The notes below the pieces were generated by a model. It was not told the origin of the DNA, ran no database searches, and worked only from the letters and a program-made list of their open reading frames with translations. The position numbers and the translations under genes were made by a program. This document shows positions 17,528 through 27,320 of a stretch of DNA of 64,000 nucleotides, one piece after another (the first letter of the stretch is position 1; each line of letters opens with the position of its first letter). The DNA is taken from contig CAKOLG010000002.1 in the NCBI GenBank assembly GCA_934096175.1, positions 276 through 64,275 of the forward strand, in the 5' to 3' direction. Source of the DNA: an uncultured Bacilli bacterium (GTDB lineage Bacteria; Bacillota_I; Bacilli_A; RF39; UBA660).

Positions 17528-19903
17528 ATGAAAAAAGTCGGAATAGTATCTTGCTATTTTAAAAATAATTATGGAAGTATGTTACAAGCCTATGCCAGTA
17601 AAAAAATACTAGACAATAACAATATTCCCAATGAAACTATTTCAATAGAAAAAAATAAAGATTTTGCTAAGGGTAAAAAGAAATATTATTTATCACAAAT
17701 TTTTAACTTTAATTTTATAAAATCAAAATTTGGTATGATAAAACTAAAATTTGATAAAAAAATTAATAAGGAACTAGGAAAAAATATTAGTATTAGAGAT
17801 AAAAAGTACAAAGAATTTAGAAAAGAATTTAACTTATCTAGATCTTGTACAGATTATAAAGGCTTAACTGAATTAGCAAGTGAAAAATATACAGACGTCA
17901 TAGTAGGCAGCGATCAGTTATGGTTACCTGTAAATGTAGTAGCAGATTATTATACGTTAAATTGGGTCCCTGATAATATTAACAAAATATCTTATGCAAC
18001 TAGCTTTGGAGTATCAACAATACCCAAAAAATATAATGAAAAATATTCTTCATTTTTAAAAAAAATAGATCATTTATCTGTTAGAGAAGAAACTGGAATA
18101 AAAATCATCAAAGAAATAGCAGGTATAGACGCACAATTAGTTTGTGATCCAACAATTTTGTTAACAAGAAAAGAATGGGAAGATATTGCCACTTCAGGTA
18201 GATTTGTTAAAGATAAATATATTTTGTGTTATTTTTTAGGAAGCAATATTGAACATAGAAAATTTGCTGAAAAATTAAAACAAATAACCGGTTATAAAAT
18301 AGTTTCCTTAAATCATGCTGATGAATACGTTAAATATTCTGATGAATTTGCTGACATTATTCCATACGATGTTGGCCCAAAAGAATGGATTAATTTAATA
18401 AAAAATGCTGAGTATATCTGCACGGATTCATTCCATGGAACAGTATTTTCACTAATTTTTAACAAAATTTTCTTTAATTTCAGAAGACACAATAGTAAAA
18501 ACAAAAATTCTACAAATTCGAGAATTGACTCTTTATTAAATGTTGCTGGAGTAAGTAACGAAAGAATTTTAACCGGCAATGAGGACGTTTTAAAAGTTCT
18601 TGACTACAAAATAGATTACGAAAAAGTAAATGAAAACATCAATAATTTTAGAGAAAATTCTAAAAAATGGCTGTTTGAGTCAATAACCTGGAAAAACGAA
18701 GAAGAACAAAAGTATATAGAAATAAAAGATAAAGAACTTTGTAGTGGTTGTACAGCCTGCAAAAATGTGTGTCCATCGAACGCTATTGAAATGATTAAAG
18801 ATGAAGATGGATTTTTATATCCTACGGTAAACAAAGAGAAATGTATTAATTGTGGTTTATGTAAAAGAACATGTCCAATATTGAATAAAAAAAAGAGAGA
18901 AAAATTTAATCAAGTTGGTTATATTTTTCAGTATAAAGATGAAACTATAAGAAAACAAAGCACATCAGGCGGCGCATTTACAGCAATTGCTGATTACATA
19001 ATTGAAAATAATGGAGTTGTTTATGGTGTTGGTTTTGATAATAATTACAAAGTATGCCATCAATCAGCAACTACAAAAAATGAATTAGAAAAATTTAGAA
19101 ATAGTAAATATGTTCAAAGTGATCCGAAAGATACTTTTAAAGAAGTGAAAGAAAATTTAAATAATAATAAATTAGTTTGTTTTAGTGGTACAGCTTGTCA
19201 AATTGAAGGATTACTATCTTACTTAGGGAAAAAATATGATAATTTAATTACTGTCGATGTAATTTGCCGTGCTGTTCCATCACCATTACTATGGGAAAAA
19301 TATTTAAAATATCAAACCCAAAATAAAAAAATAAAAAAAGCATTTTTTAGAGAAAAGTTTTATGGTTATAAATATTCTAATTTAAGCTTATATGATAAAG
19401 ATGGTGTTATTTATCACAATGGAATAGAAACAGATCCGTATTTAAGAGCATTTTTTTCAAATATTGCATGCAGACCATCTTGTTATAACTGTCACTTCAA
19501 AGAACAATTACACAAAGCAGATTTTACAATTTGGGATTGTTTTGAAGTAGAAAAGTTCGACGAAAATTTTGACGATGATAAAGGAACTACAAGAATTCTT
19601 TTAAATAGTGAAAAAGCCGTAGAGATATTTGATTCAATAAAAGAAAAACACATCACTAAACAAATTGCAGTAGTAAAACTAATCTCTAATTTCTACCAGA
19701 TGTTTAATTCCATCAATTATAACAGTAAAAGAACTGAATTTTTTGAAGATTTAAAGAGCAAACCAATGGATGACGTAATAAAGAAATATTTTCCTAATAC
19801 AATAAAATGCAAAGCGGAAAAATATGCCAGATTATTTTTAATAAAAATAGGTGTATATAAACCATTATTAAAATTAGGGAAAAAAATAAGAAAGCGTGAT
19901 TAA
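17528..19903 (+). CDS. fusion protein: polysaccharide pyruvyl transferase (N) + 2x[4Fe-4S] ferredoxin / FrhB-FdhB-like domain (C)
   Basis: The N half has VGSDQLWLP and TDSFHGTVFS, as in pyruvyl transferases. From about 18740: CSGCTACKNVCP...CINCGLCKRTCP, STSGGAFTA and FSGTACQIEGL (F420-hydrogenase beta-like C-terminal domain). RBS AGGTGA precedes the ATG at 17528. Confidence 0.8.
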   Translation: MKKVGIVSCYFKNNYGSMLQAYASKKILDNNNIPNETISIEKNKDFAKGKKKYYLSQIFNFNFIKSKFGMIKLKFDKKINKELGKNISIRDKKYKEFRKEFNLSRSCTDYKGLTELASEKYTDVIVGSDQLWLPVNVVADYYTLNWVPDNINKISYATSFGVSTIPKKYNEKYSSFLKKIDHLSVREETGIKIIKEIAGIDAQLVCDPTILLTRKEWEDIATSGRFVKDKYILCYFLGSNIEHRKFAEKLKQITGYKIVSLNHADEYVKYSDEFADIIPYDVGPKEWINLIKNAEYICTDSFHGTVFSLIFNKIFFNFRRHNSKNKNSTNSRIDSLLNVAGVSNERILTGNEDVLKVLDYKIDYEKVNENINNFRENSKKWLFESITWKNEEEQKYIEIKDKELCSGCTACKNVCPSNAIEMIKDEDGFLYPTVNKEKCINCGLCKRTCPILNKKKREKFNQVGYIFQYKDETIRKQSTSGGAFTAIADYIIENNGVVYGVGFDNNYKVCHQSATTKNELEKFRNSKYVQSDPKDTFKEVKENLNNNKLVCFSGTACQIEGLLSYLGKKYDNLITVDVICRAVPSPLLWEKYLKYQTQNKKIKKAFFREKFYGYKYSNLSLYDKDGVIYHNGIETDPYLRAFFSNIACRPSCYNCHFKEQLHKADFTIWDCFEVEKFDENFDDDKGTTRILLNSEKAVEIFDSIKEKHITKQIAVVKLISNFYQMFNSINYNSKRTEFFEDLKSKPMDDVIKKYFPNTIKCKAEKYARLFLIKIGVYKPLLKLGKKIRKRD

Positions 19904-21053
19904 AGTGTCAAAAAAGGTAAAAGTACTATATTTTGTTGACAGAATGCTAAGAGGAGGCATTCAGAGTTTAGTAATTGATTGGGTCTCAAGATTTGATAAA
20001 GAAAAAATTCACGTCGACTTTCTATTATTGGACGATGGCAAAAAATATGAGTTAGAAGAAACACTTAAAGAACTTGGATGCGAAGTATATAAATTAGAAG
20101 GAATGTGGTTACGAAAACCACTTGATTATATAAAATATAATAAGTTGTTGGACGATTTTTTTTCAAAACATAATGATTATAAAGTTGTGCATCTCCACTC
20201 AACGAGTAAAAACTACCCAGTGTTGAAATATGCAAAAAAATATAATATTCCAATTCGAATATCTCACTCACACAATATTGATTTTCAAACAAATAATCCT
20301 TTAAAAAAAATAATAGGAAATTGCCTTAAACCGTTACTAATAAAATATTCTACTGATTTCTATGCCTGTTCTAAAATAGCTGGTGAGTGGCTTTTTGGAA
20401 AGAAAATTGTGAATACAGACCAATTCAAAATTATTCATAATGCTATTGATTACAAAAAATTTCAATATAATGAGTCAATAAGAAAAAAAATAAGAGAAGA
20501 ATTAAATTTAAATGAAAATACAATAGTTTTAGGCAATGTTGCCAGATTCGAAAAACAAAAAAACCACGAATTTTTAGTAGATATTTTTTATGAATATCAG
20601 AAAAAACACAAAGAAGCAAAACTTTTATTAATTGGGACAGGATCTTTAGAAAATGTAATAAAAGAAAAAACTAAAAATTTAAATATTCAAGATAAAGTTA
20701 TTTTTGCTGGTTTTAAAACTAATGTTAATGAGTATATGCAAGCAATGGATTACTTTGTTTTCCCAAGTCTATTTGAAGGCCTAGGGTTAGTATTAATCGA
20801 AGCACAAGCCTCAGGTTTGCAGTGCTTTACTTCTAAAGATGTTGTTCCAAACGAAGTTAAAGCCAGTGAATCTCTTGAATTTATACCGTTATCTTTGACT
20901 GCTAAAGAGTGGAGTGACATTATAAATACAAAAAGTGTAAAAAGACATAACAATTTAGAAGAAATCAAAAAAAATGGATATTTTATTGAGGATGTTGTAA
21001 ACCTTCTTTCTCAAACATATTTAAAAGGAGAACTTCAAGATGATAAAAAGTAA
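19896..21053 (+). CDS. glycosyltransferase family 4 (paralogue of 16396-17526)
   Basis: Same architecture and motifs: HSHN..., GRF/ARFxxQKNH, FVFPSLFEGLGLVLIEAQASGL. The GTG start overlaps the upstream stop, so the start is uncertain. Confidence 0.85.
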   Translation: MIKVSKKVKVLYFVDRMLRGGIQSLVIDWVSRFDKEKIHVDFLLLDDGKKYELEETLKELGCEVYKLEGMWLRKPLDYIKYNKLLDDFFSKHNDYKVVHLHSTSKNYPVLKYAKKYNIPIRISHSHNIDFQTNNPLKKIIGNCLKPLLIKYSTDFYACSKIAGEWLFGKKIVNTDQFKIIHNAIDYKKFQYNESIRKKIREELNLNENTIVLGNVARFEKQKNHEFLVDIFYEYQKKHKEAKLLLIGTGSLENVIKEKTKNLNIQDKVIFAGFKTNVNEYMQAMDYFVFPSLFEGLGLVLIEAQASGLQCFTSKDVVPNEVKASESLEFIPLSLTAKEWSDIINTKSVKRHNNLEEIKKNGYFIEDVVNLLSQTYLKGELQDDKK

Positions 21054-21615
21054 ACAAGACTATCTATATTACATTGAATGTGACAGAAAGGCTAGGAACT
21101 TTAAAAATAAATTGTATTTTGGAATAAGAGGTGAAATACCTTTATACAAATTTCAAAGATTAATGAGAAAATTAGAATATTATAATAATTGTAAAACTGG
21201 AATTTTAAATAAAATTATAACTACAATTCTAAAATATAAATATAAAAAAAAGCAAATAAAATATGGCTTTTCTATTCCAATAAATACATTTGGCCCTGGA
21301 TTATTAATTCAACATCGTGGTACTATTTGTGTTAATGGACATGCTAAAATTGGCGAAAATTGCAGAATAAACGTTGATGTAAACATAGGTACAAATATGG
21401 AAAAAGAAGGTGAAGCACCAATAATAGGTGACAACTGTTTTATAGGTCCAGGAGCAAAATTATTTGGAAAAATAAAAATAGGGAACAATGTAGCTATAGG
21501 AGCTAACAGTGTTGTAAATAAAGATGTTCCAGATAACGTGACTGTAGCCGGTGTGCCAGCTAAAATAGTAAATAATAAAGGAACAAAAGGTAGATTTAGA
21601 TACTATCTGAAATAG
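21040..21615 (+). CDS. hexapeptide-repeat O-acetyltransferase (left-handed beta-helix)
   Basis: IGENCRINVDVNIG, IGDNCFIGPGAKLFG, IGNNVAIGANSVVNKDVPDNVTVAGVPAKIV. Confidence 0.85.
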   Translation: MIKSKQDYLYYIECDRKARNFKNKLYFGIRGEIPLYKFQRLMRKLEYYNNCKTGILNKIITTILKYKYKKKQIKYGFSIPINTFGPGLLIQHRGTICVNGHAKIGENCRINVDVNIGTNMEKEGEAPIIGDNCFIGPGAKLFGKIKIGNNVAIGANSVVNKDVPDNVTVAGVPAKIVNNKGTKGRFRYYLK

Positions 21616-21627
21616 AAAGGATAAAAA

Positions 21628-22509
21628 ATGAAAACTTTAACAATTTTTACCCCAACTTATAATAGAGCATATATCCTTGAAAAAGCATATAAAAGTTTAG
21701 TTAATCAAACAAATAAAGATTTTATATGGGAAATAATTGACGATGGTTCAAGTGACAATACTTCAGAATTGGTTGGAAAATGGCAAAATGAAAAATTAAT
21801 AGATATAAAATATATAAAAAAAGAAAATGGTGGGAAACATAGTGCCTATAATACCTTATGCAAAAATGTAGAAACAGAATTAACACTGCTATGTCTTGAT
21901 TCTGACGATTATCTTACCCCAAATGCAGTTCAAATAATATTAGAAGCTTGGTCTAAAAAAAAGAAAAATGATAAAGGTATTGTTGCATTATGTGACGATG
22001 AAAAAGGTCAAAATAGCTATTGTATACAATATAACTCTGAAAAACTAAAAAATTGTTCTCTTTCTGATGCATTATCCAAAAATTATTTTAAAGCTGGAGC
22101 AGTTTTTGCTATTGAAAGTGAATATATGAAAAAATTTTTATACCCAGAAATAAAAGGTGAAAAATTCTTTACAGAGGCATATTTACTGTATCAAATGGAT
22201 GAGCCTTTTATATGGCTTAACGACAAAATATGCATTAGAGAATTTAGAGAAGACGGTTTAACGAAGAATACAAAAAAACTTTTTATAAAAAATCCTAATT
22301 CATGGTATTTATTTAATAAACTTAGAGCTCAAAAAAATGAAAATAAAGTACTTAAAATAAAATATTTAATTTATATGATAAGTTTTGGAATATTGAGTAA
22401 ACAAAAGAATATTGTAGCCAATTCACCTTATCGAGCACTTACCGTATTACTATATCCATTAGGAGTTGTTGGGTATATCCGCTTAAAAATGTTAAAAAGG
22501 AGTGAATAG
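21628..22509 (+). CDS. glycosyltransferase family 2
   Basis: LTIFTPTYNRAYILEKAYKSLVNQT...IIDDGSSDNT and DSDD (DxD). Confidence 0.85.
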   Translation: MKTLTIFTPTYNRAYILEKAYKSLVNQTNKDFIWEIIDDGSSDNTSELVGKWQNEKLIDIKYIKKENGGKHSAYNTLCKNVETELTLLCLDSDDYLTPNAVQIILEAWSKKKKNDKGIVALCDDEKGQNSYCIQYNSEKLKNCSLSDALSKNYFKAGAVFAIESEYMKKFLYPEIKGEKFFTEAYLLYQMDEPFIWLNDKICIREFREDGLTKNTKKLFIKNPNSWYLFNKLRAQKNENKVLKIKYLIYMISFGILSKQKNIVANSPYRALTVLLYPLGVVGYIRLKMLKRSE

Positions 22510-22511
22510 CT

Positions 22512-23540
22512 ATGATTCTATGTTTTGGAGCTGGAATAATTTCATCATTTTTATTATTTAACTATAATAAAAGTAATAAAAAATTATTTTTAGTTCTATC
22601 ATTTTTACCATTATTTATTTTATCAGCATTAAGGTATGGAATTGGTTATGATTATTTAAAAATATATGTACCTATGTTTAATTTTATTTCAAATGGAGTA
22701 AAAGTATCGTGGGACATAGGGGCAATTTGGATTTGTAAAATTATTAATATATTCTCTAATGATTATGTTTATTTCTTTGTTATAACATCATTTTTGATCT
22801 TATTATTTACTTATAAAGGAATATTAAAATTAAGTAGTTATCCTGCCTTATGTTTACTATTATTTGTGCTTTCTGGAGAATATATATCATCATTTAACAT
22901 AATTAGGCAATACATTGCATTATCAATATTTATTTATTCCTTAAATTTTATTTTAGAGAAAAAAATGTTAAAATATATAGCATGTATTTTAGTAGCTTCT
23001 TTATTCCACAATAGTGCCATAGTATTAATACCCATTTATTTTTTATGTCAGTTAAAAACATCAATGATGAAACAAATTGCAATCATTATAATATGCGGCT
23101 TAGCATTACCATTTATTTCTGATTTAGTATATTCGATTTTACCATATTTTAAATATAGTTCATATTTAAATACAGATTATAATGCTTATGACCCTTCTTA
23201 CGCCAGTTTGATTTTATCAATTTTATCTTATAGTGTCATGTTACTTTTTTATAAAAAAAACAAATCAGATAAAAAATATAAATTATTTTTAAACATCAAT
23301 CTTTTATATATACTTTTTGCTATACTATCATTTAAATTAATTGCTAGTTATCGATTATTAGTATATTTTAGATTTGTACAGTACTTTGGTTTAGCAAATC
23401 TCACACAATACATAGAAAAACCTAAAAATAAACTTTTATATATGATACTACTTGTTGCTTTCTTTTCAATGTACACATTAATAGGAGGATATGTCTTGAA
23501 ATGGTATCCAACAGAGTACGTCAGTATATTTAATAGATAA
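22512..23540 (+). CDS. EpsG-family polysaccharide polymerase (Wzy-like)
   Basis: About 10 TM helices with LRYGIGYDYLKIY near the N-terminus, as in EpsG-type polymerases. Confidence 0.7.
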   Translation: MILCFGAGIISSFLLFNYNKSNKKLFLVLSFLPLFILSALRYGIGYDYLKIYVPMFNFISNGVKVSWDIGAIWICKIINIFSNDYVYFFVITSFLILLFTYKGILKLSSYPALCLLLFVLSGEYISSFNIIRQYIALSIFIYSLNFILEKKMLKYIACILVASLFHNSAIVLIPIYFLCQLKTSMMKQIAIIIICGLALPFISDLVYSILPYFKYSSYLNTDYNAYDPSYASLILSILSYSVMLLFYKKNKSDKKYKLFLNINLLYILFAILSFKLIASYRLLVYFRFVQYFGLANLTQYIEKPKNKLLYMILLVAFFSMYTLIGGYVLKWYPTEYVSIFNR

Positions 23541-23551
23541 GGAAGTGTCAA

Positions 23552-24634
23552 ATGAAAAAAATTGGAATAGTTACAATAGTAGGAGATAATAACTACGGTA
23601 ACAAATTACAAAATTATGCAGTAGAAAAATTTCTCAAAAAAATAACAGATTATCAAGTCGAAACAATCAGAAATATTGCACCTCTAAATAATGAAAAAAG
23701 AAACTTTACGGACTATTTAAAGGCCATAAAATGGATATTAAAATACAGAGTTTTAGAAAAATTTACGAAAAGATATCAATACTTTAACAATTTTAATAAA
23801 TATATCAATTACAACAAATACTACTTTACTTTTTCAAGAAGAAAACAAGAAAAATTTTATTATGATTATTTAATAATAGGTAGTGATCAAGTTTGGAATC
23901 CTAACTATAGATTTAAAGATTTTGACTTAGGAATGTTTGGCAATAAAAATAGTAAAAAAATATCTTTTGCTGCTAGTATGTCTGTAGAAAAATGGCCAAG
24001 TAATATTGATAAGAAAAAGTTATTAAATTCTTTAGAAAATTTTACAGGAATCTCAGTTAGAGAAGAAAAAGCAAAAGAGTTGTTACAAGAACTAGGCTTA
24101 AAGAAAAATGTTGAAGTACTAATTGACCCAACAATGTTGCTAACAGCAAAAGAGTGGGACGAAGTATCTGAAAAGCCAAAGCAACTAAAATGTTCTAAAT
24201 ATATTTTAAATTATTTTTTAGGTGAATTATCAGAATCTAGAAAAAAAGAAATAGATAGGATTGCACAAGAAAATGATTGTGAAGTAATTAATATATTAGA
24301 CAAAAAAAGTCCTTTTTATAACACCGGGCCTAGCGAGTTTTTATATTTAGAAAAAAACGCGTTTCTAATTTGTACAGATTCGTTTCACTCAAGTGTATTT
24401 GCAATTTTATATAATAGGCCATTTATTATTTTTGATAGAGAAAGAAAAAATGTGACAAACATGAATTCAAGATTTGATACTTTATTAAGTAAATTTAAAA
24501 TAAAAAACAGAAAATTTAATGGAAAAATAACTAAAGAAAACTTGAACCACGATTATACTGAAGCATATAAAATTCTTGAAACCGAACGCCAAAAGTCAAT
24601 GAATTTTTTACAAGAATTATTCAAAATAAAATAA
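23552..24634 (+). CDS. polysaccharide pyruvyl transferase
   Basis: IGSDQVWNP, ISVREE and CTDSFHSSVFAILYNRPF. Second copy of this family in the locus. Confidence 0.8.
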   Translation: MKKIGIVTIVGDNNYGNKLQNYAVEKFLKKITDYQVETIRNIAPLNNEKRNFTDYLKAIKWILKYRVLEKFTKRYQYFNNFNKYINYNKYYFTFSRRKQEKFYYDYLIIGSDQVWNPNYRFKDFDLGMFGNKNSKKISFAASMSVEKWPSNIDKKKLLNSLENFTGISVREEKAKELLQELGLKKNVEVLIDPTMLLTAKEWDEVSEKPKQLKCSKYILNYFLGELSESRKKEIDRIAQENDCEVINILDKKSPFYNTGPSEFLYLEKNAFLICTDSFHSSVFAILYNRPFIIFDRERKNVTNMNSRFDTLLSKFKIKNRKFNGKITKENLNHDYTEAYKILETERQKSMNFLQELFKIK

Positions 24635-24646
24635 AAGAGGTGAATT

Positions 24647-26170
24647 ATGACAGAAAGTAGTCAAAGGAAAAGTGGTGCTATATTATCCTACTTTTCAATA
24701 ATTATCAACATGGTTATTCAATTACTATATACACCATTACTAATAAAAATGTTAGGCCAAAGTGAATATGGTTTATATTCGCTAATTTCTTCTATAATTG
24801 GATATCTTACAGTATTAGATATGGGGTTTGGTAATGCACTGATTGTATATACTGCAAAATATAGAGCACAAGGAAAAATAGAAGAAGAAAAAAAATTACA
24901 TGGTATGTTTTTCTTGATTTTTTGCATTATAGGGGTAATAGCAGGAATTCTTGGCTTAATATTATATTTTAATGTAGAAAACATATTTGGTGCTACTATG
25001 ACTAGTGGAGAAATTGCTAAAGCTAAAGTCATGATGCTCATATTGGCTTTCAATTTGGCTATAACATTTCCATTTACTATTTACTCTTCAATAATAAGTG
25101 CTTACGAAAAATTTACATTTCAAAAAATAATGTCAATTTTAAATACTTCATTAAAACCACTTTTGATGTTGCCATTATTGTTTTTAGGGTTTAAATCAAT
25201 TACAATGACTATTGTAATAACAGTAGTCAACATATTTGTTCTTTTATCAAACTTTTTCTACTGTAGAAATAAATTGAAAATAAGAATTAAATATTTAGGT
25301 TTTGATAAGGCATTATTTAAAACAATTTTTAGTTATTCATTTTTTATATTTCTAGGAGTTGTTGTTGATAAAGTAAATTGGAATGTTGATCAATTTATTT
25401 TAGGAGCCATTTCCGGAACTGCAGCTGTCTCTGTGTATTCAGTTGCTGCCCAATTGAATAGTCTTTTTATCAATTTGTCAACAGCCGTAAGTGGTGTAAT
25501 GTTACCTAAAATGTCAAAAATGGTAGCAACCAAAGCAACCTCATCTGAGATAACAGATGAATTCGTAAAAATAGGAAGAATTCAATATATTATAATATTT
25601 TTAATGGCAAGTGGCTTGGTTATTTTTGGTCAGTTATTTATTCAGATATGGGTAGGCAAAGAATTTGCAGATGCTTACTATATAGCCTTGTTATTAATCC
25701 TACCATTATGTATTCCTTTAATACAAAATTTAGGATTAAGTATTATGCAGGCAATGAATAAATACAAATTTAGAACAATTGCCATGTTTATTATGTCATT
25801 ATTTAATATTATCATAAGTATATTTTTAGCAAAAAAATATAGCGCAATAGGAGCCGCTTTAGGAACAGGAATAAGTTTAATAATTGTTAATGTAATAATA
25901 ATTAATATTTATTATCACAAAGTCATAAAAATTGATATTATTAAATTTTGGAAAGAAATTCTAAAAATGACACCACCAATGTTAATATCAGCGCTTGTAA
26001 TAGGTATTTTAACAAAAGTATTAAAAATGCATAGCTTTTTTGGCTTTATTATATTTGGAGGACTTTATGTATTAATATACTCCATCGCCGTATATAAGTT
26101 CTCAATTAATGATTATGAAAAAAATTTAGTAAACAAATTTTTAAAAAAAATAAAATTAATTAAAGGATAA
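24647..26170 (+). CDS. wzx: oligosaccharide flippase (Wzx, MOP superfamily)
   Basis: About 14 TM helices, 507 aa, typical length and position in a Wzy-dependent locus. Confidence 0.8.
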   Translation: MTESSQRKSGAILSYFSIIINMVIQLLYTPLLIKMLGQSEYGLYSLISSIIGYLTVLDMGFGNALIVYTAKYRAQGKIEEEKKLHGMFFLIFCIIGVIAGILGLILYFNVENIFGATMTSGEIAKAKVMMLILAFNLAITFPFTIYSSIISAYEKFTFQKIMSILNTSLKPLLMLPLLFLGFKSITMTIVITVVNIFVLLSNFFYCRNKLKIRIKYLGFDKALFKTIFSYSFFIFLGVVVDKVNWNVDQFILGAISGTAAVSVYSVAAQLNSLFINLSTAVSGVMLPKMSKMVATKATSSEITDEFVKIGRIQYIIIFLMASGLVIFGQLFIQIWVGKEFADAYYIALLLILPLCIPLIQNLGLSIMQAMNKYKFRTIAMFIMSLFNIIISIFLAKKYSAIGAALGTGISLIIVNVIIINIYYHKVIKIDIIKFWKEILKMTPPMLISALVIGILTKVLKMHSFFGFIIFGGLYVLIYSIAVYKFSINDYEKNLVNKFLKKIKLIKG

Positions 26171-26186
26171 ATTATCGAGGTAATAT

Positions 26187-27236
26187 ATGAAAAAAAGGAT
26201 TAATTATATTGATATAGCTAGAGCTTTTGCAATAATATTTATTGCTTTAGGACACACCCTTGTCCATTCTCAGCATTGCGGAATTATATTTAAATTCCTA
26301 TATAGCTTTCATGTAGTATTATTCTTTATAATTTCTGGCTATACTTTTAAAATCAAAGAAAATGAACATTTTTTTGACTTTTTAAAACATAAATTTATTC
26401 GAATAATGATTCCTTATTTTTCGTGGGCGTTATTATTTTTAATACCTTACATGGTTTTAGGAGAAAATGTTGGAAATAGCATTGGTACAAATTCTTCTTT
26501 TAGTTTAAAAACACAAATAATAAATGTCTTGTACGGCAACGGAAATGCTTCAGCGTTAAAACAAAATAGCTCTTTATGGTTTTTACCAGCCTTATTTAGT
26601 ATAGAAATAATATATTATTTTATTATAAAACTAACAAAAAAATTACCTAAACTAAAGATTGTTATACTAATTTCTAACTTATTAATTAGTTATTTGACAA
26701 ATGCTTTTTTAAAAATAAATTTACCATGGGGGATTAATACAGCACTAGTAATTGGCATATTCTTTTATATAGGCTATTTATTTAAGGAATATAATTTATT
26801 CAATAAAGATAGAATATTTAAGTTAAAATTCATACTACCATTGCTTATTATTGGAATATTATCATTTTATTTTAATGACACAGTATCTTGTATAGATTAT
26901 AATTATGGTAGCTTAACTTTAGCGTTATTATCAGGGATTGGTTTATCAACATTTATAATTTATTTATCTTATCTAATAAAAGAAAATAAAATGATGGAAT
27001 ATATAGGTAAAAATACTATGGGAATATTAATATTTCACAAATTAATCATACTAATATTTCAAACCAAATTAGGACCAATATCAGCATTACTAAAAAATAG
27101 TAATATTATAATAGAGTTGGCATTAAGTTTAGTGATAGTTGTTTTAAGTATAGTCTGCTCACTAATCGGAAGCGCAATTATTCGAAAGTTCATGCCGATA
27201 TTAATTGGCGAACAAAGGCCTTCTCCTAAAAATTGA
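26187..27236 (+). CDS. acyltransferase family 3 (membrane O-acyltransferase)
   Basis: INYIDIARAFAIIFIALGH and multi-TM topology. Confidence 0.8.
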   Translation: MKKRINYIDIARAFAIIFIALGHTLVHSQHCGIIFKFLYSFHVVLFFIISGYTFKIKENEHFFDFLKHKFIRIMIPYFSWALLFLIPYMVLGENVGNSIGTNSSFSLKTQIINVLYGNGNASALKQNSSLWFLPALFSIEIIYYFIIKLTKKLPKLKIVILISNLLISYLTNAFLKINLPWGINTALVIGIFFYIGYLFKEYNLFNKDRIFKLKFILPLLIIGILSFYFNDTVSCIDYNYGSLTLALLSGIGLSTFIIYLSYLIKENKMMEYIGKNTMGILIFHKLIILIFQTKLGPISALLKNSNIIIELALSLVIVVLSIVCSLIGSAIIRKFMPILIGEQRPSPKN

Positions 27237-27320
27237 TATTGACTTTTCACTGAAAAATAATAAAATATTGACTATTATCTGTAATATATAAAAAAATATT
27301 TACAAAAAAGGAAAATAAAC

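Noticed and set aside
20483-20490. Poly-A tracts (A8-A9) inside EPS genes and at the 5' ends of surface-protein genes, as possible slipped-strand phase-variation sites.
   Set aside because: A8 runs are frequent throughout this Lys-rich, AT-rich coding sequence. They are no longer here than elsewhere, and there is no evidence of frameshifted copies in the window.
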